A stretch of DNA of 64,000 nt from Octopus bimaculoides (taxonomy: Eukaryota): assembly GCF_001194135.2 (NCBI RefSeq), contig NC_068984.1:18444279-18508278 (forward strand). Direction: 5' to 3'. A program made the position numbers and the translations under genes. Positions 1 to 12,079 of this stretch are shown here, piece by piece. Every line of letters begins with the position of its first letter. Positions within the stretch are counted from its first letter, which is position 1. The notes below the pieces were generated by a model. The model did no database searches and was not told the DNA's origin. It saw nothing but the letters and a program-made list of their open reading frames with translations.

Positions 1-243
1 TCTTCTATCCCAAGTTTCCTCATTGACCACCAGATAAGGGATCGGGGGACCCTGTCAAAGGCTTTCTCCATGTCAACGAAAGCCAGGTACAGAGGTTTAT
101 CCTTGGCTAGGTATTTCTCTTGCAACTGTCTCACTAGAAATAAGGCATCAGTAGTGCTTTTACCTGGCACGAACCCAAACTGCATCTCATCTAAATTGAT
201 TCGCTCCCTAATTAGTTGGGCTATGACCCTCTCTGTAACTTTC

Positions 244-245
<2 letters not shown>
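1..245 (-). mobile_element. RTE-clade LINE reverse transcriptase fragment, open frame, runs off the left edge
   Basis: Minus-strand translation from 245: MKVTERVIAQLIRERINLDEMQFGFVPGKSTTDALFLVRQLQEKYLAKDKPLYLAFVDMEKAFDRVPRSLIWWSMRKLGIE. It contains the QFGF..GKST.DA and AFVD.EKAFD.VPR motifs of LINE RT and has no stop in 81 codons. The 5' end abuts a (TA)n(TG)n tract. Confidence 0.93.
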
Positions 246-281
<36 letters not shown>

Positions 282-1917
282 ATTCATGACCTATTTTTAT
301 TAATCAATTTTAGGAAACTAGAATGTAGCCTTGAATAGAAACCTTGAAATGTAAGTTGTAATATCAGATTGAAGTGAAGAGTATTTATTTAGACTTGCAA
401 AAGCCTGGAGAATATTTTCAATAAAACCGAAATTCTTATCATGTAGGTGATTGTTATAGAGAGATGATCACAAAAATAGTTGGCACAGGTGAGACAGCGG
501 CACAACTCATGCCGATATGGAAAAGTTGATGCTTATAGGTACATGCAACGGCTGTGTGGTTAACAAGCTTGCTTTGCAGCCATGTGATTTTCGGTTCAGT
601 TCCACTGCACTGCACCTTGGGCTCGTGTCTTCTACTATAGATCCAGGTCAAACTTATGAGCGGTAGATGGAAACTGTGTGAAAGCTTATATAAATGAGTG
701 TGTGCACATATGTGTTTTTGCTTGTCATCATGAACACCAACTGCTGTTGGTTTGTTTACATTCTTGTAGCTTACCAGGAACAAGTAGCACACTTTTAAAA
801 ATAAGCAATGGGGTTGATTTGTTCCCATAAACCCTTCAAGATAGTGCCCCAGCATGGCCACAATCCAATGACTTTTCTCTTTTTCCAAGTTTCCTCAGCT
901 TTTCCACTAATTTTACATGGGTTAAAGATGTACTGACTTGACTTCAGACTTTTGTATCCATTCTTGATGACTTATTTTCTTTTTTGTAATTATTTCATTA
1001 CCTACTCACCTTTGAAATAGAAGTAGTATCTATTTCTTTAATTAGTAGTGAGAAGCAGGTGAAATAATGACTTTTGCCTAAGAACACTACAAAATATCTA
1101 CAGCTAAATTTGAAATTATCTCCTACTTATCAGTACTTTCACTTTACAAGTCTATCTTTTTTTTTTTTGCTGCCATTGGCAATAAAAATGTTTCCTCAAA
1201 TAACCTCATACCCAGTACTCCGTCTAAGTCTATCTAGAGAATCATTTTGTAATTAGTTTTTGGATTCTTGGACGACTTTATTTTCGCACAGTAATTTGCA
1301 TCAAAAGTACCCTACTGCTCATAACCTACTTACATCAGCCCTACTCAGATAGCATCTCCGACTGTCACATATATATTGTACCTGTCTTATCAGATCATGA
1401 CAAGAAAGAAATAATAGCTTAATGCAGCGAGAATATTTTATCTTCTTTATCTAAAGTCAAGTCGACAAGAATATAAATTTATAAAGCAACAACATGTTCA
1501 TTTTCGTTTTATTTCTTGATAATATTGTGTATTATGAGGTGTCAAAAACATTTTATCGTACATCTACAAACTGGTCTTTGATGCAGCTCCACAGCTGTGT
1601 GTGTGTGTGTTTTCAATGGCTATCATAACTCTTCGGCAATGTAATTGTTTTAGTTGCAATGCTAAGTCTTGGATCAAGTCACTTTCCAAACATGTACAAC
1701 TCTTATACATAAAGATGATTTCTTTCCATTGCAAATTTTATAAGGGAAGAGCTAAAGTTGATTGAATCTGTCATATAAATGCTAGAGAGAGAGGAAGGAC
1801 AGTCGGTGCTTACAGGATTTGAACTCAGCATGTATAGAGAAGTAATGAGTTGCTACAGTTCAGTCTCTGTTATTCCATGGATTCTGGCATCCAGTAAGAA
1901 TGTCTAATTTGTTTTAA

Positions 1918-2138
1918 CCGTCTTGTCATTATATATTTACAATGAGTAAACTGCCAATGTGTTTCAATTAATTTTATATATAATCAATATTTTGAAGGAA
2001 TTTAATAAAATATCTGTAACTTTATATATTGGCGTTGTGCAACCAAAATTTCATATCTTTCACATTATGAGATTTTGATCAAAATTTAAATATAAATTCT
2101 TTAGTTGGGTGGTCTCACGTGGATTGGTTCTAAAAGGG
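1918..2138. mobile_element. Degenerate TTAA-flanked MITE, family G (second copy near 4885-5066)
   Basis: Both copies share aatgtgttYcaatYaatttt...gaaRRRatttaataaaat...aacttta...attggc and are bounded by TTAA; this copy ends AAAAGGG|TTAA. Confidence 0.6.
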
Positions 2139-3924
2139 TTAATCAGATAGTTTATACAATAGTATCATCACCGCAACCAATAATCTCATTGTAACATTCT
2201 TTATTTAATGTTTCTTACTCAATTTCTTTTCCCCAATTCACTATAGATCTTCATTCACTTCTAATTCTTCCTGCTGTTCTACCTTCTTACTTCAGTGGTT
2301 TGCCTTCCATAAAAAGAAACGCTCCCCTCCTTGCTGACAGAGCTTGGAAGTTATTAAAATTAAAATCTATTTTGGTGATTCAAAAAATGCAGGAGGAAAG
2401 AAAATGGGGAAGACAGTTAAAGTTAGGCTGAAGTTTCTGTGGAATCTCAGTCAGAACAAAAATGTGTTAAGCAAAAATACAAAGACATTTCGCTATTAAA
2501 AGGTTAAAAGTGAAGGTTGTTTTGATTTCTGCAAAAAAAAAAAAAAAAAAAAAGACATTCTGGTTTTGATAATATCAATTTCAGTTGTTGTATTATTGAC
2601 TTATGCTCTTCTTTCAAGTCAGTTGCATGGAGTGCAGCAATTGTGTCCTGATGTTAGGATGAATACTACAGTGAGGAAGCTAAAATTACATGTTCAATCT
2701 AATTTTCATTTGCCGTCAAAATATGCCCGGTCTTGGAGATAATGTCGTTATATTTGCCTGTAATTTTCCTTTCAACAGTTAATAACTTGACATCTCTTTA
2801 CAAATGATGCTGCTATTCAAGACCTTTTTTTTTTTTTTTACTCTCTCATGCTCTCATTTTCTCTTTATCATTTCTTTTTCCTCATTTTATAACTTTGATT
2901 TTGTTCTCTGAGCAATTCCTAGTGTGCTTTTGTATAGCAAACTATCGGTCAAAATTAAGTTAATGTAAGCTTTGTCCAAAATAGCTTTAAAAATGTTTGT
3001 TATTGCAGTGAAGACTTAGTTCGACAGTAGTCATTGGATTAACTGAACTGACACATCTTGCTACAGTGAACAGCAAAGCCAAAACCTACAATAAGCTCAA
3101 TATCTGTGTTATTGATCTCGCTGTCTATCTAGTTACACCTTCTTCAATATTACACTGTACAATTTCTCAATTCTCTCTCTCAGTTTATTACTTGGCTTTA
3201 CATTTTTGGCTTCTGCTAATCAGTTTCATTTTGTCAGTGAAGTAAAACTCATATATTAAGTCTGTTAAGATAGAAGAAATTAGTTGAAAGGATAGTTTTG
3301 GTGGTAGTGTAGTGGTTGTTGTTGTTGTTGTTGAAGTTGAAATAAATCTTGCCCCAAATAATGTAGTGTGCAAGCTTTTGTGCTCTTATTTAAAATATGA
3401 AATTTTCTTCTGAAAACCAGTTGCCTGTACAAAGTTGTAATCATATAATGAAATAGAATTTCTGTTATTCTCATTGAATTTATGTGAAACCCTTGCTTTA
3501 TACGTTTTCATTTTAACAATAATTTATTACGTTTCAAAATATATTTTAGAAAATGTATTTGGTAAAGAGAAAAGGAATGTCATTTCCTTATATGTTGCAA
3601 ATGCTTTCTTTACAAAGAAAATAACATTTTTATGGGGTAGGCTTCTGACGTAAGATATCAGTGGACTTCTGGATAAATCTGTTTCTTTTCAATAAATTGA
3701 ATAAGGAGAGTCAGGGAATTGGTAAATGGTGAGTTGTTATTTAGCCCCTGGTCAGCTCTTACCCAGCAATCCTATGATCGAATGCTACGACTATCCCATT
3801 GTTTTCTTCAGTTTTTGTATCTATAAGCTGGTGTTCGGACTATAACTTACACAAAATTATGGTTTAAATATGAAGATATTAAAAAAGAAGGCTTAGTATT
3901 ATAAATCAAGGAGCAGTCTCAAGT

Positions 3925-4317
3925 CTTCTTCTTCTTGGCACTCCTTCGGTTACGACGACGAGAGTTCCAGTTGATCCAATCAACGGAACAGCCTACTCGT
4001 GAAATTAACGTGCAAGTGGCTGAACACTCCACCGACACATGTACCCTTAATGTAGTTCTCAGGGAGATTCAGCGCGACACAAAGTGTGACAAGGCTGACC
4101 CTTTAAAATACAGGCACAACAGAAACAGGAAGTAAGAGTGAGAGAAAGTTGTGGTGGAAAAGTACAGCAGGGTTCGCCACTATCACCTGCGGGAGCCTCG
4201 TGGAGCTTTAGGTGTTTTCGCTCAATAAACACTCACAACACCTGATCTGGGAATCGAAACCACGATCCTACAACCGCAAGTCCGCTGCCCCAACCACTGG
4301 GCCATTGCGCATCCACT
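3925..4317 (-). mobile_element. tRNA-derived SINE, family D (octopus OR-type by recollection), full length, (AAG)n tail
   Basis: Minus-strand head with A box TGGCCCAGTGG and B box GGTTTCGATTCC; 11-bp TSD cagtctcaagt at 3914-3924 and 4318-4328; homologous to 25622 and 49245 copies. Confidence 0.9.
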
Positions 4318-5180
4318 CAGTCTCAAGTGGGTTGGTTTCAAAAGAATATTTTCACTTGTTTCTGTCATCTAGGTTGTTCCATGCTGGAACATTGCCTTGA
4401 AGAATTTTAGTTGAAGGCATTCACTCCAGTACTTATTTTTTTTTTTAAAGCCTAGTACTTATTCTATTGCTCTCTTTTGGCAAACTGCTAAGTTACAGGG
4501 ATATGTACATACCAACACCAGTTGTCAAGTGGTGGTGGGAGACACACACATATACATAATGGGTTTCTTTCAGATTCTCTCTACCAGATCCACTCACAAG
4601 GTTTTGGTCAGTCCAAGGCTTATAGTAGAAGACACTTGCCCAAGGTGCCGCGCAGTGGGACTGAACCCGGAACCATATGATTTAAAAACAGACTTCTTAC
4701 CACACAGCCACACCAGTACCTTATGAATATATTTTTAACACATCAAAGTGTAAGAAAACAATTATAAGATAGCAAGAAATTTAGATTATATTTCTTTTAG
4801 TATAATGTAAGCATTCACTCAGCCCTTTGGCTCCTGCTAGGATAAAGGTCTAGTAAAGCAAGATGTATGTATAGTTTGTGTTAACCTTTTCCTGACTATA
4901 TTCATTCAGAGTAGATTGCAAATGTGTTCCAATCAATTTTCAATATAATCAAGATTTCGAAGAGATTTAATAAAATGTCTACAACTTTACTTATTGGCAT
5001 ATAATATGTTGGCATCGGTTTCACCTGAAACTTCATATCATTCATGTTAGGATGGTTGCAAGTAAGTTAATAATAATAATAATAATAATAAAAAAAAGCT
5101 AAACAGGTTGTTTATGTATCAACAAAATCATTTAAAAAGTATATATAATCGACACTTTTTATATTACTAATTGAAGAGGG

Positions 5181-5345
5181 TGAGTTGGCAGAATCGTAAG
5201 CATGCTGGGCAAAATACTTTTTGATATTTCATCTGTCTTTATGTTCTGAGTTCAAATTCTGTCAAGGACGACTTTGCTTTTCATCCTTTCGGAGTCTGTA
5301 AAATAAGTACCAGTTGAGCATTGGAATTCAGTGTAATCAACTTAA
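5181..5345 (+). mobile_element. Family A SINE, diverged (similar copies near 14385-14520 +, 18720-18935 +, 23390-23516 -, 38810-39000 -, 51525-51668 +)
   Basis: gagttggcagaatcgtaagcatgctgggcaaaatac...gttctgagttcaaattc...gactttgcttttcatcctttcggagtc. Boundaries approximate. Confidence 0.8.
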
Positions 5346-5792
5346 CTACCCCTGGGTATGAGTACAGAAACCTCTAAAGGAAGTTGTATTCCTCTGTCAA
5401 GCCATACTAAGCTAGTGTTGCAAAATAGGTTCATCAAACCAGTATGACCCCCAAGCCATTCTCTGGTGGAGGGAATATACTGAGATCCTTGTTCTGCAGT
5501 GGACTGAACATGGGCAACCCAGGCCAATCCAATTGTAATTATAATTAGACATTTATGGAGCTTCTATGTGGTTGTTCAACACGTTTGATAGAGCAGCAAG
5601 CCAACTCTCCCTCAAAGAGTAGGGTGGTCAACCCAGAAAGGTTTCTTCTGATGTTTGCTAAATGCAGTATGGCTGACTGGTTAAGACATTAGTTCTCCTC
5701 TTAGCGACAAGGTCAAGGGTTTGATCCCCATGTGTGACATCTTAGGCAAATTCCTTCTTCAATGGCCATAAGTCAACCACTGCCCTATGAGT

Positions 5793-6176
5793 ATTCTTTT
5801 ATTCTGTTGCTTGTTTCAGTCATTTGACTATGGCCATGCTGGAGCGCCACCTTTAGTCGAACAAATCGACCCCCAGGACTTATTCTTTGTAAGCCTAGTA
5901 CTTATTCTATTTTTTTGCAGAACCACTAAGTTACGGGGTCATAAACACACCAAAATTGGTTGTCAAGGGATGTTGCAGGGACAAACACAAACACATACAC
6001 ACACGCACACGCATATATACGACCAGTTTCATTCAGTTTCCATTTACCAAATCCACTCACAAGGCTTTGGTCGGCTGGAAGCTGTAGTAGAAGACACTTG
6101 CTCAAGGTGCCACACAGTGGAACTGAACCCAGAACCATGAGGTTGGGAAGCAAGCTTCTTACCACTCAGCCACATG
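5793..6176 (-). mobile_element. tRNA/CORE-like SINE, family B, full length
   Basis: Minus-strand head GTGGCTGAGTGGTAAGAAGCTTGCTTCCCAACC...GGTTCAGTTCCACTGTGTGGCACCTTGAGCAAGTGTCTTC; tail CCAGCATGGCC...GACTGAAACAAGC...AAAAGAAT. Confidence 0.88.
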
Positions 6177-7129
6177 GATAAATGGATAGTGTAAGGAAGC
6201 CCATCAGATGGACCTGCACCTGAAATTCAAAAGTCCAGCCTTGTCACAGAGGATTACATTAAGGGTACACATGCCTGTGGGATACTCAGCCACTTACTTG
6301 CTTATTCAATGAAGCTGTTAGTTCAGTTGCTCGAACAACTGAAAACCCATTCTCAGATCCATTTATTTATTAGTTGCATGGTATTTTGTGTGTGTCTGTC
6401 ATAAATGGATTACATTCCAGATTATGGCTTCACTCAGTTGGCCTTAATGTACACATCAGTAGATTGAGAAGAAATGACAGTTAATGGTGTTTGTTGCATT
6501 TTCAAGTGATCATGTAATCATTAAAGTTAACTGTCATTTATCATTGCACCATTACCAGTTGTCCCTCATCAATCCATTGGTGTGTACAGTCGACTGAAAG
6601 ACTGATTGAACAAACTGATGATTCAGAAACAATTCCTTTTTACCTCACATATTAATGAACGCATGTCAGGCTTTACACACTTTTAGCATGAGGTCTAATG
6701 TGATTTTTTTTTTTTTTTTTTATACCACAAACGAACAGAAGCTGTGTATACGTGTGTATAAATAGATTGGCTACTTGTTTCTCTGGGATTAGTCACATGA
6801 TGTAGACATCTGATGAGATCCCTTTCCCTCCCAATAAGGGTAAAAAATCGATTGAATCTGATCATCATTTTCTTCAATCTTTGGAGGAATAGGCAGAATT
6901 TACATATTTGTATGTCTACTATACAGGTTTACACACTCACTCACTCACACACACACATACACACACGTGTGTGTATGTATATATATCTATATATATATAT
7001 ATATATATATAAATTAAAAAACGTAAAAATAAAAATAAAAACGTTTTTAATTTATTCTTTCACCCCGGCCATGATCTGGCATACACAGGTGCTTACAATT
7101 ATCAAGTATTACCTCTAACATTTACTTTA

Positions 7130-7177
<48 letters not shown>

Positions 7178-10100
7178 ACAAACTGGTAGAATTGTTAGAT
7201 TTCTGATAAACTGCCTGATAGTGTTCATTCCAACTCTGCGTTCTGAGTTCTAATCCTGCCAATGTTGATTTTGCTTTTTATCTCGGAGTAGGGGTGGGGG
7301 GAGACAGTGGATTTGGAAGAATTATAAAAACATCAGATTGAATTTCTTGTGATGTTTGTTCTGGCTCTTTGCATTCTGAATTCAAATACCACCATGGCCT
7401 GTAAGTGTTGTAGACTTCATCCATTGCCCATTTTAAAACCATCCCCTAACACCCTGGGTGCGTTTAGCAGAGTACACTCTGATGAAAGCATTCAGACCAG
7501 GCCTCCAGTTTGAGGACACCTTCCATTTACCTTTCCTCTTGATTAAAAGTTGAAAACAAAAAGTCTCTGTGTTTTGACACTATAATGTATCTTTGAATGA
7601 ATCTAGTTTTCTCTTAATACTTCATTTGTGTAAATTAAATTAAATAATTAATCAAATAGGGCAATTGTAAATAACTGTCTTTTAAACAATCTCTTAGTGG
7701 ACAGAAAAAGAGGGATCAGTCCAACCAGCTTTATTTCATTTTGGAATCTCATCAAGAACAAAGCATCCTTTCTATAATTGTCCATGAAGACATTGTATTT
7801 ATAGCCACTAGAATTAAGGGCTTCATTATACTGGAAAATCTGATTTGCATAAATAGCATGTTGGCAGCTAGTTCTATTGATAATGATGCATTAAGCTGTT
7901 TCTAGTTCGATATAATAATGCACTCCAGAATAAATCTTAGTTTTTAGTTGACACTGTGCGTGTTAATTAAACCAAATTGAATTTAGTTTAATTTACTCAA
8001 ACAATACAAAGGTATTGCTGGAGGATAAATTGGGTTGGCTAAACTGTTCAAAGTGTAGAGGGAAATTCAGTATTCTTCAATGTGGTAAGACTGTAGTAGC
8101 CAAGCCAAATTAATGAATAAGGGTATATAGAAGAGCTGGAGAGTTTTTGAGTATGGTGTGTGTTTGGTTACCAAATGAGGATAAGATAAAAATCAGCAGC
8201 AAAAAAAATTACATTTTCCATGGAGTGGTGTCATGCATCTCATCTTGAATTATTTATGACTTTAAAAAAATATCATTCAGATCCTGAATAATTTCAAGAG
8301 CATGCTTTTATTCTATCTTTTCCTGTAGTTATCTGAGTGTCTGACTGTCTGTCTAGTGAGCTAGCTAGCTAGCTAGCTACATGATGGCAACATCATATTA
8401 GCTATTTATTAAGCAAATAAACTATTTAATTCACTGAAAATAACATGTGAATTTAATAAATGGACAATATAACTCTTTGAAAATGCATCAATATCAATTT
8501 TCAATACATATGACAGGTCAATTCCCTTTCGAAATATTTCCATGTGAGGTGCATGTTTGTGTGCACATGCACATGTATGCATGCATTCCTCTGTATATCT
8601 AAGCATAGACATGTATATTTATTCATAAATATGCTTCAATAATCATATGTTCTGTCATGCTCATACTAAATAGCTTTACATCATGCATACATGCCGACAA
8701 GCTGACTGCATGTGCTTTTTTATGGAGTTAAATTTGGATGACAGTGATAAAGCTCTTCTCACTTTTCAATATTTACCTAGCAGAATTGAGAGAGTAATGG
8801 ACAGAATGCATTGTGGTAATTAATTCCATCCTTTTACATTTTGAGTTAAATTCCAGCTTAGATAGACTTTGACTTTTTCATCATTCCAGAGATGACAAAT
8901 TAAGTACCAAATATTGGTATCAATATAATCACCTATTCCCTCCCCTCAAACATGAAGTATAATTATGCCTATGTTAAACAGAAATCAATATTTATGCTTA
9001 AAAATGTATCAAGCAAATTTTGTTTAAAATGTAAGGAATATTTCATTGTAGTATTTGAAAACAATTATGTTTTACATTAACTTAAAAAAACAAAAACCAT
9101 GGCAATGAAATACAATAACCTAGATTTTATTTTATTTATCTATTTTTTGTTATATCTTAAATGTATTTTATGCGGTTGTAGCTTTTCTTTTTTTTTTTTT
9201 TTTCGTTATTGTTCTTTCAGTGGCTAGTAGTGAACAGACAGCTTGTAAAATTATTATGTTTCTAATTAATTACACATTGAGATTGACTTTGTGTTTATTT
9301 CTTTGTTTTTTTTTTTGTGTGGGGGGAGGGTTGTCCTTTTTTTGGTTTTATCTTTTATACAAAATATTTTGTACATTAATTATAAATACGTTATTTTCAT
9401 CATCATCTTCATAATCATCACACATTATCATACCTAACTTTCAGCAAACATATGTCAATGTGAGTTTCCCATGCTTGTACGATTACTGTACCATTCTGTA
9501 GACATATTACAGAACAATACAGAACTTTGTAATATAAAGAGCTCTGCAGTCAAACTCTTGGGACAGGCATAGAGATTTATCATCTCAATATGTCAAGTTG
9601 TAATCTAGGTTAGGTGCAGGGTCCTTATTTTCCTTTGGTGAATTTATGTAGTCTGTCAATCAAGTTGTGTGCTGTATTATTCCAAGTAGATCAAGTTATA
9701 TGACTACAGAACAGATATGAAATATAATCCAATTGGTGAATGGCATCTGAAGTTCACCAAGTTTTCTGTGCTTTATTTCACCAGACTATCCACTTCCTTC
9801 TGCTAACATATGCATCAAAGAATTTGTTTTGGGGAAAGAAAAAAAAATTCTCTTGTGTTTCAAACATGGCAACCAGTACAATATTTTGATTTTTTTTTTA
9901 TTGTTTGTTTTTTTTTTTCCTGCAGTCAATATGTATTTCTAATTAATTGATTAAATGTTCTTTACTTTTGCTGTTTTAAAATTAAAAGCATTATTTCAAC
10001 ATCAATTTACATGCATCCAAATCGTCACTACTATCAACCATTCCTCCATCATACGTCAACATTAAGTTCCTTCATTTATAAATTTTTTTATTTATAATCT

Positions 10101-11327
10101 TCAAATGAACTTCATAACCAAACTAACAATCGCATTTCTTTGCTCTAACTTTGCTAAATATTTTCTCTTTCCTCAAATTTCACATTTAATTGTGGTGCTT
10201 AATGTGTTGCCTTGTAGCAGTTTCATTGCATTTCTATAACATCAACATTCTGAATCCAAGTAAAGAGAACGGTTTCTTGTTTAAAGATTCTTGTTGGAAA
10301 AGAAGCAGGTTGGAATGTAGAGTTAGAAAAAGAATTTACAAACAAAGCAAGGTGGAGGAGTCATTAAATAATTCTAAATGAATTATAGAAATTAAGGTCA
10401 ATGCTGTCTCTGTAGAAACTGAAAACATTACTCAAGACTTAGACTTATTTAACTTCTAAATCTGAGATTTGTTTAACCTCTAAATCTGAAATTTATTTAA
10501 TTTCTGGATTCCGAGATATATACTAACATCTAATATAGTTATGGTCTACCTGTGAACTTGTAATTGTTTAAAACTAATGATGATGATGTATTCTAAAGTA
10601 GATTCCCATTTACTCTCTTGCTACTACTTCCAGAGATAAGTTTTAGGAAGACAACTGTCATTCCTGAACTTACTAATTCGTACGAATAACATTTGTCACA
10701 AGGAAAGTCAAAAATAGATTGCATTCTTTAATGAGTGGTTGTCATGAGGAATGGTTCATCCACGTCTGATGCAATTTCTAGTTAGTTGTTCTTAGCAGGG
10801 AATATTTTCAAAGAGTACAAAAGATCCAAGTATCTCAGAATCCAACTCACCAAACAATAGCATCAAAACACTAGTTCAATGTATTTAAGAATTTTGTTTT
10901 TCTTGTCTTAGAATCATGTTTTGTTTTGTTTTCTATTTTCCTTCTACTAAAAACTTTTACAATAGTTATTTTTGAAGTTTTTCCACAAAGTTCTTCTTAA
11001 TTTTCTATTCTATCCTTACGGTTTTTATATTTTATCTTTTTAACAGAGCTTCTTGTTTCAAATATCAAAGAACGAGATGTACTAGAATTATTTAATTTAT
11101 ATGGCAACTAAATAATTAATACTTTTGATTAGAATTCACTGATTGCTGAATTAGCTTTGCTCATAATCTTCAAATGAACGTTTGATCGCCATGTGGGTTT
11201 TTTATGTTTTTGTATTCTTCCTTTCTTTTCTTTTTCCTTTTTTTTTTTTTTTTTTACTGGTATATTTCTGAATTCAGGGTTGTCTTGTTGAAGATACTAC
11301 TGTTTGCATTTGTCTTTTATTCAACAG

Positions 11328-11464
11328 GAGCATACACTGGTTGGCCGCACCGATGCTGCTGTTCAACAAGATATTCACCTCAGTGGCCTGGGAATCATGC
11401 CAGAGCACTGTATTGTGGACTTTGAAGGCAATGACGTCTACCTCACACCTCTTGAAGGAGCCAG
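11328..11464 (+). CDS. KIF13: KIF13 exon, N-terminal half of FHA domain (EHTLVGRTDAAVQQDIHLSGLGIMPEHCIVDFEGNDVYLTPLEGA+AG)
   Basis: Acceptor tcttttattcaacag|GAG, donor CCAG|gtaaat; 137 nt; FHA motif DI.L.G.GI.PEHC. Confidence 0.95.
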
Positions 11465-11749
11465 GTAAATTACCTTTAACACTACTACCACTGCTACTAC
11501 TCTGTTTGCATCCTGAATGTTGGATTTTATTTGGGGTGCTATGTGTTCTTTAAGACGACTTTGGTCATAACAGCAACAAAAGACATCTATTCTCATTTAT
11601 CACAGGTGTTTGGTTCCACAAAACACCTGTGATAAATGAAATACAGAATATATAAATTAAAATGTTTGTGGTTCAAGCAGAATCTTTGACTGATCACCAA
11701 CCCATGTTATCACAGATCACTTCCTGTTAAGCATAACACAGTTTGCAAT

Positions 11750-12079
11750 TTGAGTGTGGCCGTTGCCAGTACCGCCTGACTGGCTCCTGTAGGATTTTCG
11801 AGCGAGATCGTTGCCAGTGCCGCTGGACTGGCTTGTGCGGGTGGCACATAAAAGACACCATTTCGAGCGTGGCCGTTTTCGTGCGGGTGACACGTAAAAG
11901 CACCCACTACACTCTCTGAGTGGTTGGCGTTAGGAAGGGCATCCAGCTGTAGAAACTCTGCCAAATCAGACTGGAGCCTGGTGTTGCCATCCGGTTTCAC
12001 CAGTCCTCAGTCAAATCGTCCAACCCATGCTAGCATGGAAAGCGGACGTTAAACGATGATGATGATGGTGATGATGATG
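11750..12079 (+). mobile_element. Family C element with internal tandem units and (GAT)n tail (other copies near 15297-15486 +, 22781-22979 +, 33136-33350 -, 51745-52092 +, 52240-52430 +)
   Basis: gcacgtaaaagcacccactacac...gttggcgttaggaagggcatccagc...ccaacccatgctagcatggaaagcggacgttaaacgatgatgatg. The (GAT)n tail suggests an RTE-type 3' end (inference). Confidence 0.85.

Noticed and set aside
6555-6635. Hammerhead-like CTGATGA...GAAAC at 6615-6630
   Set aside because: Only 4 nt separate the two core motifs and stem I does not pair. Other CTGATGA sites lack GAAA.
1-11327. The KIF13 exon preceding the FHA domain (LVNLNADP..NELLVYYLK)
   Set aside because: Not found by eye in this interval; presumably left of the window.
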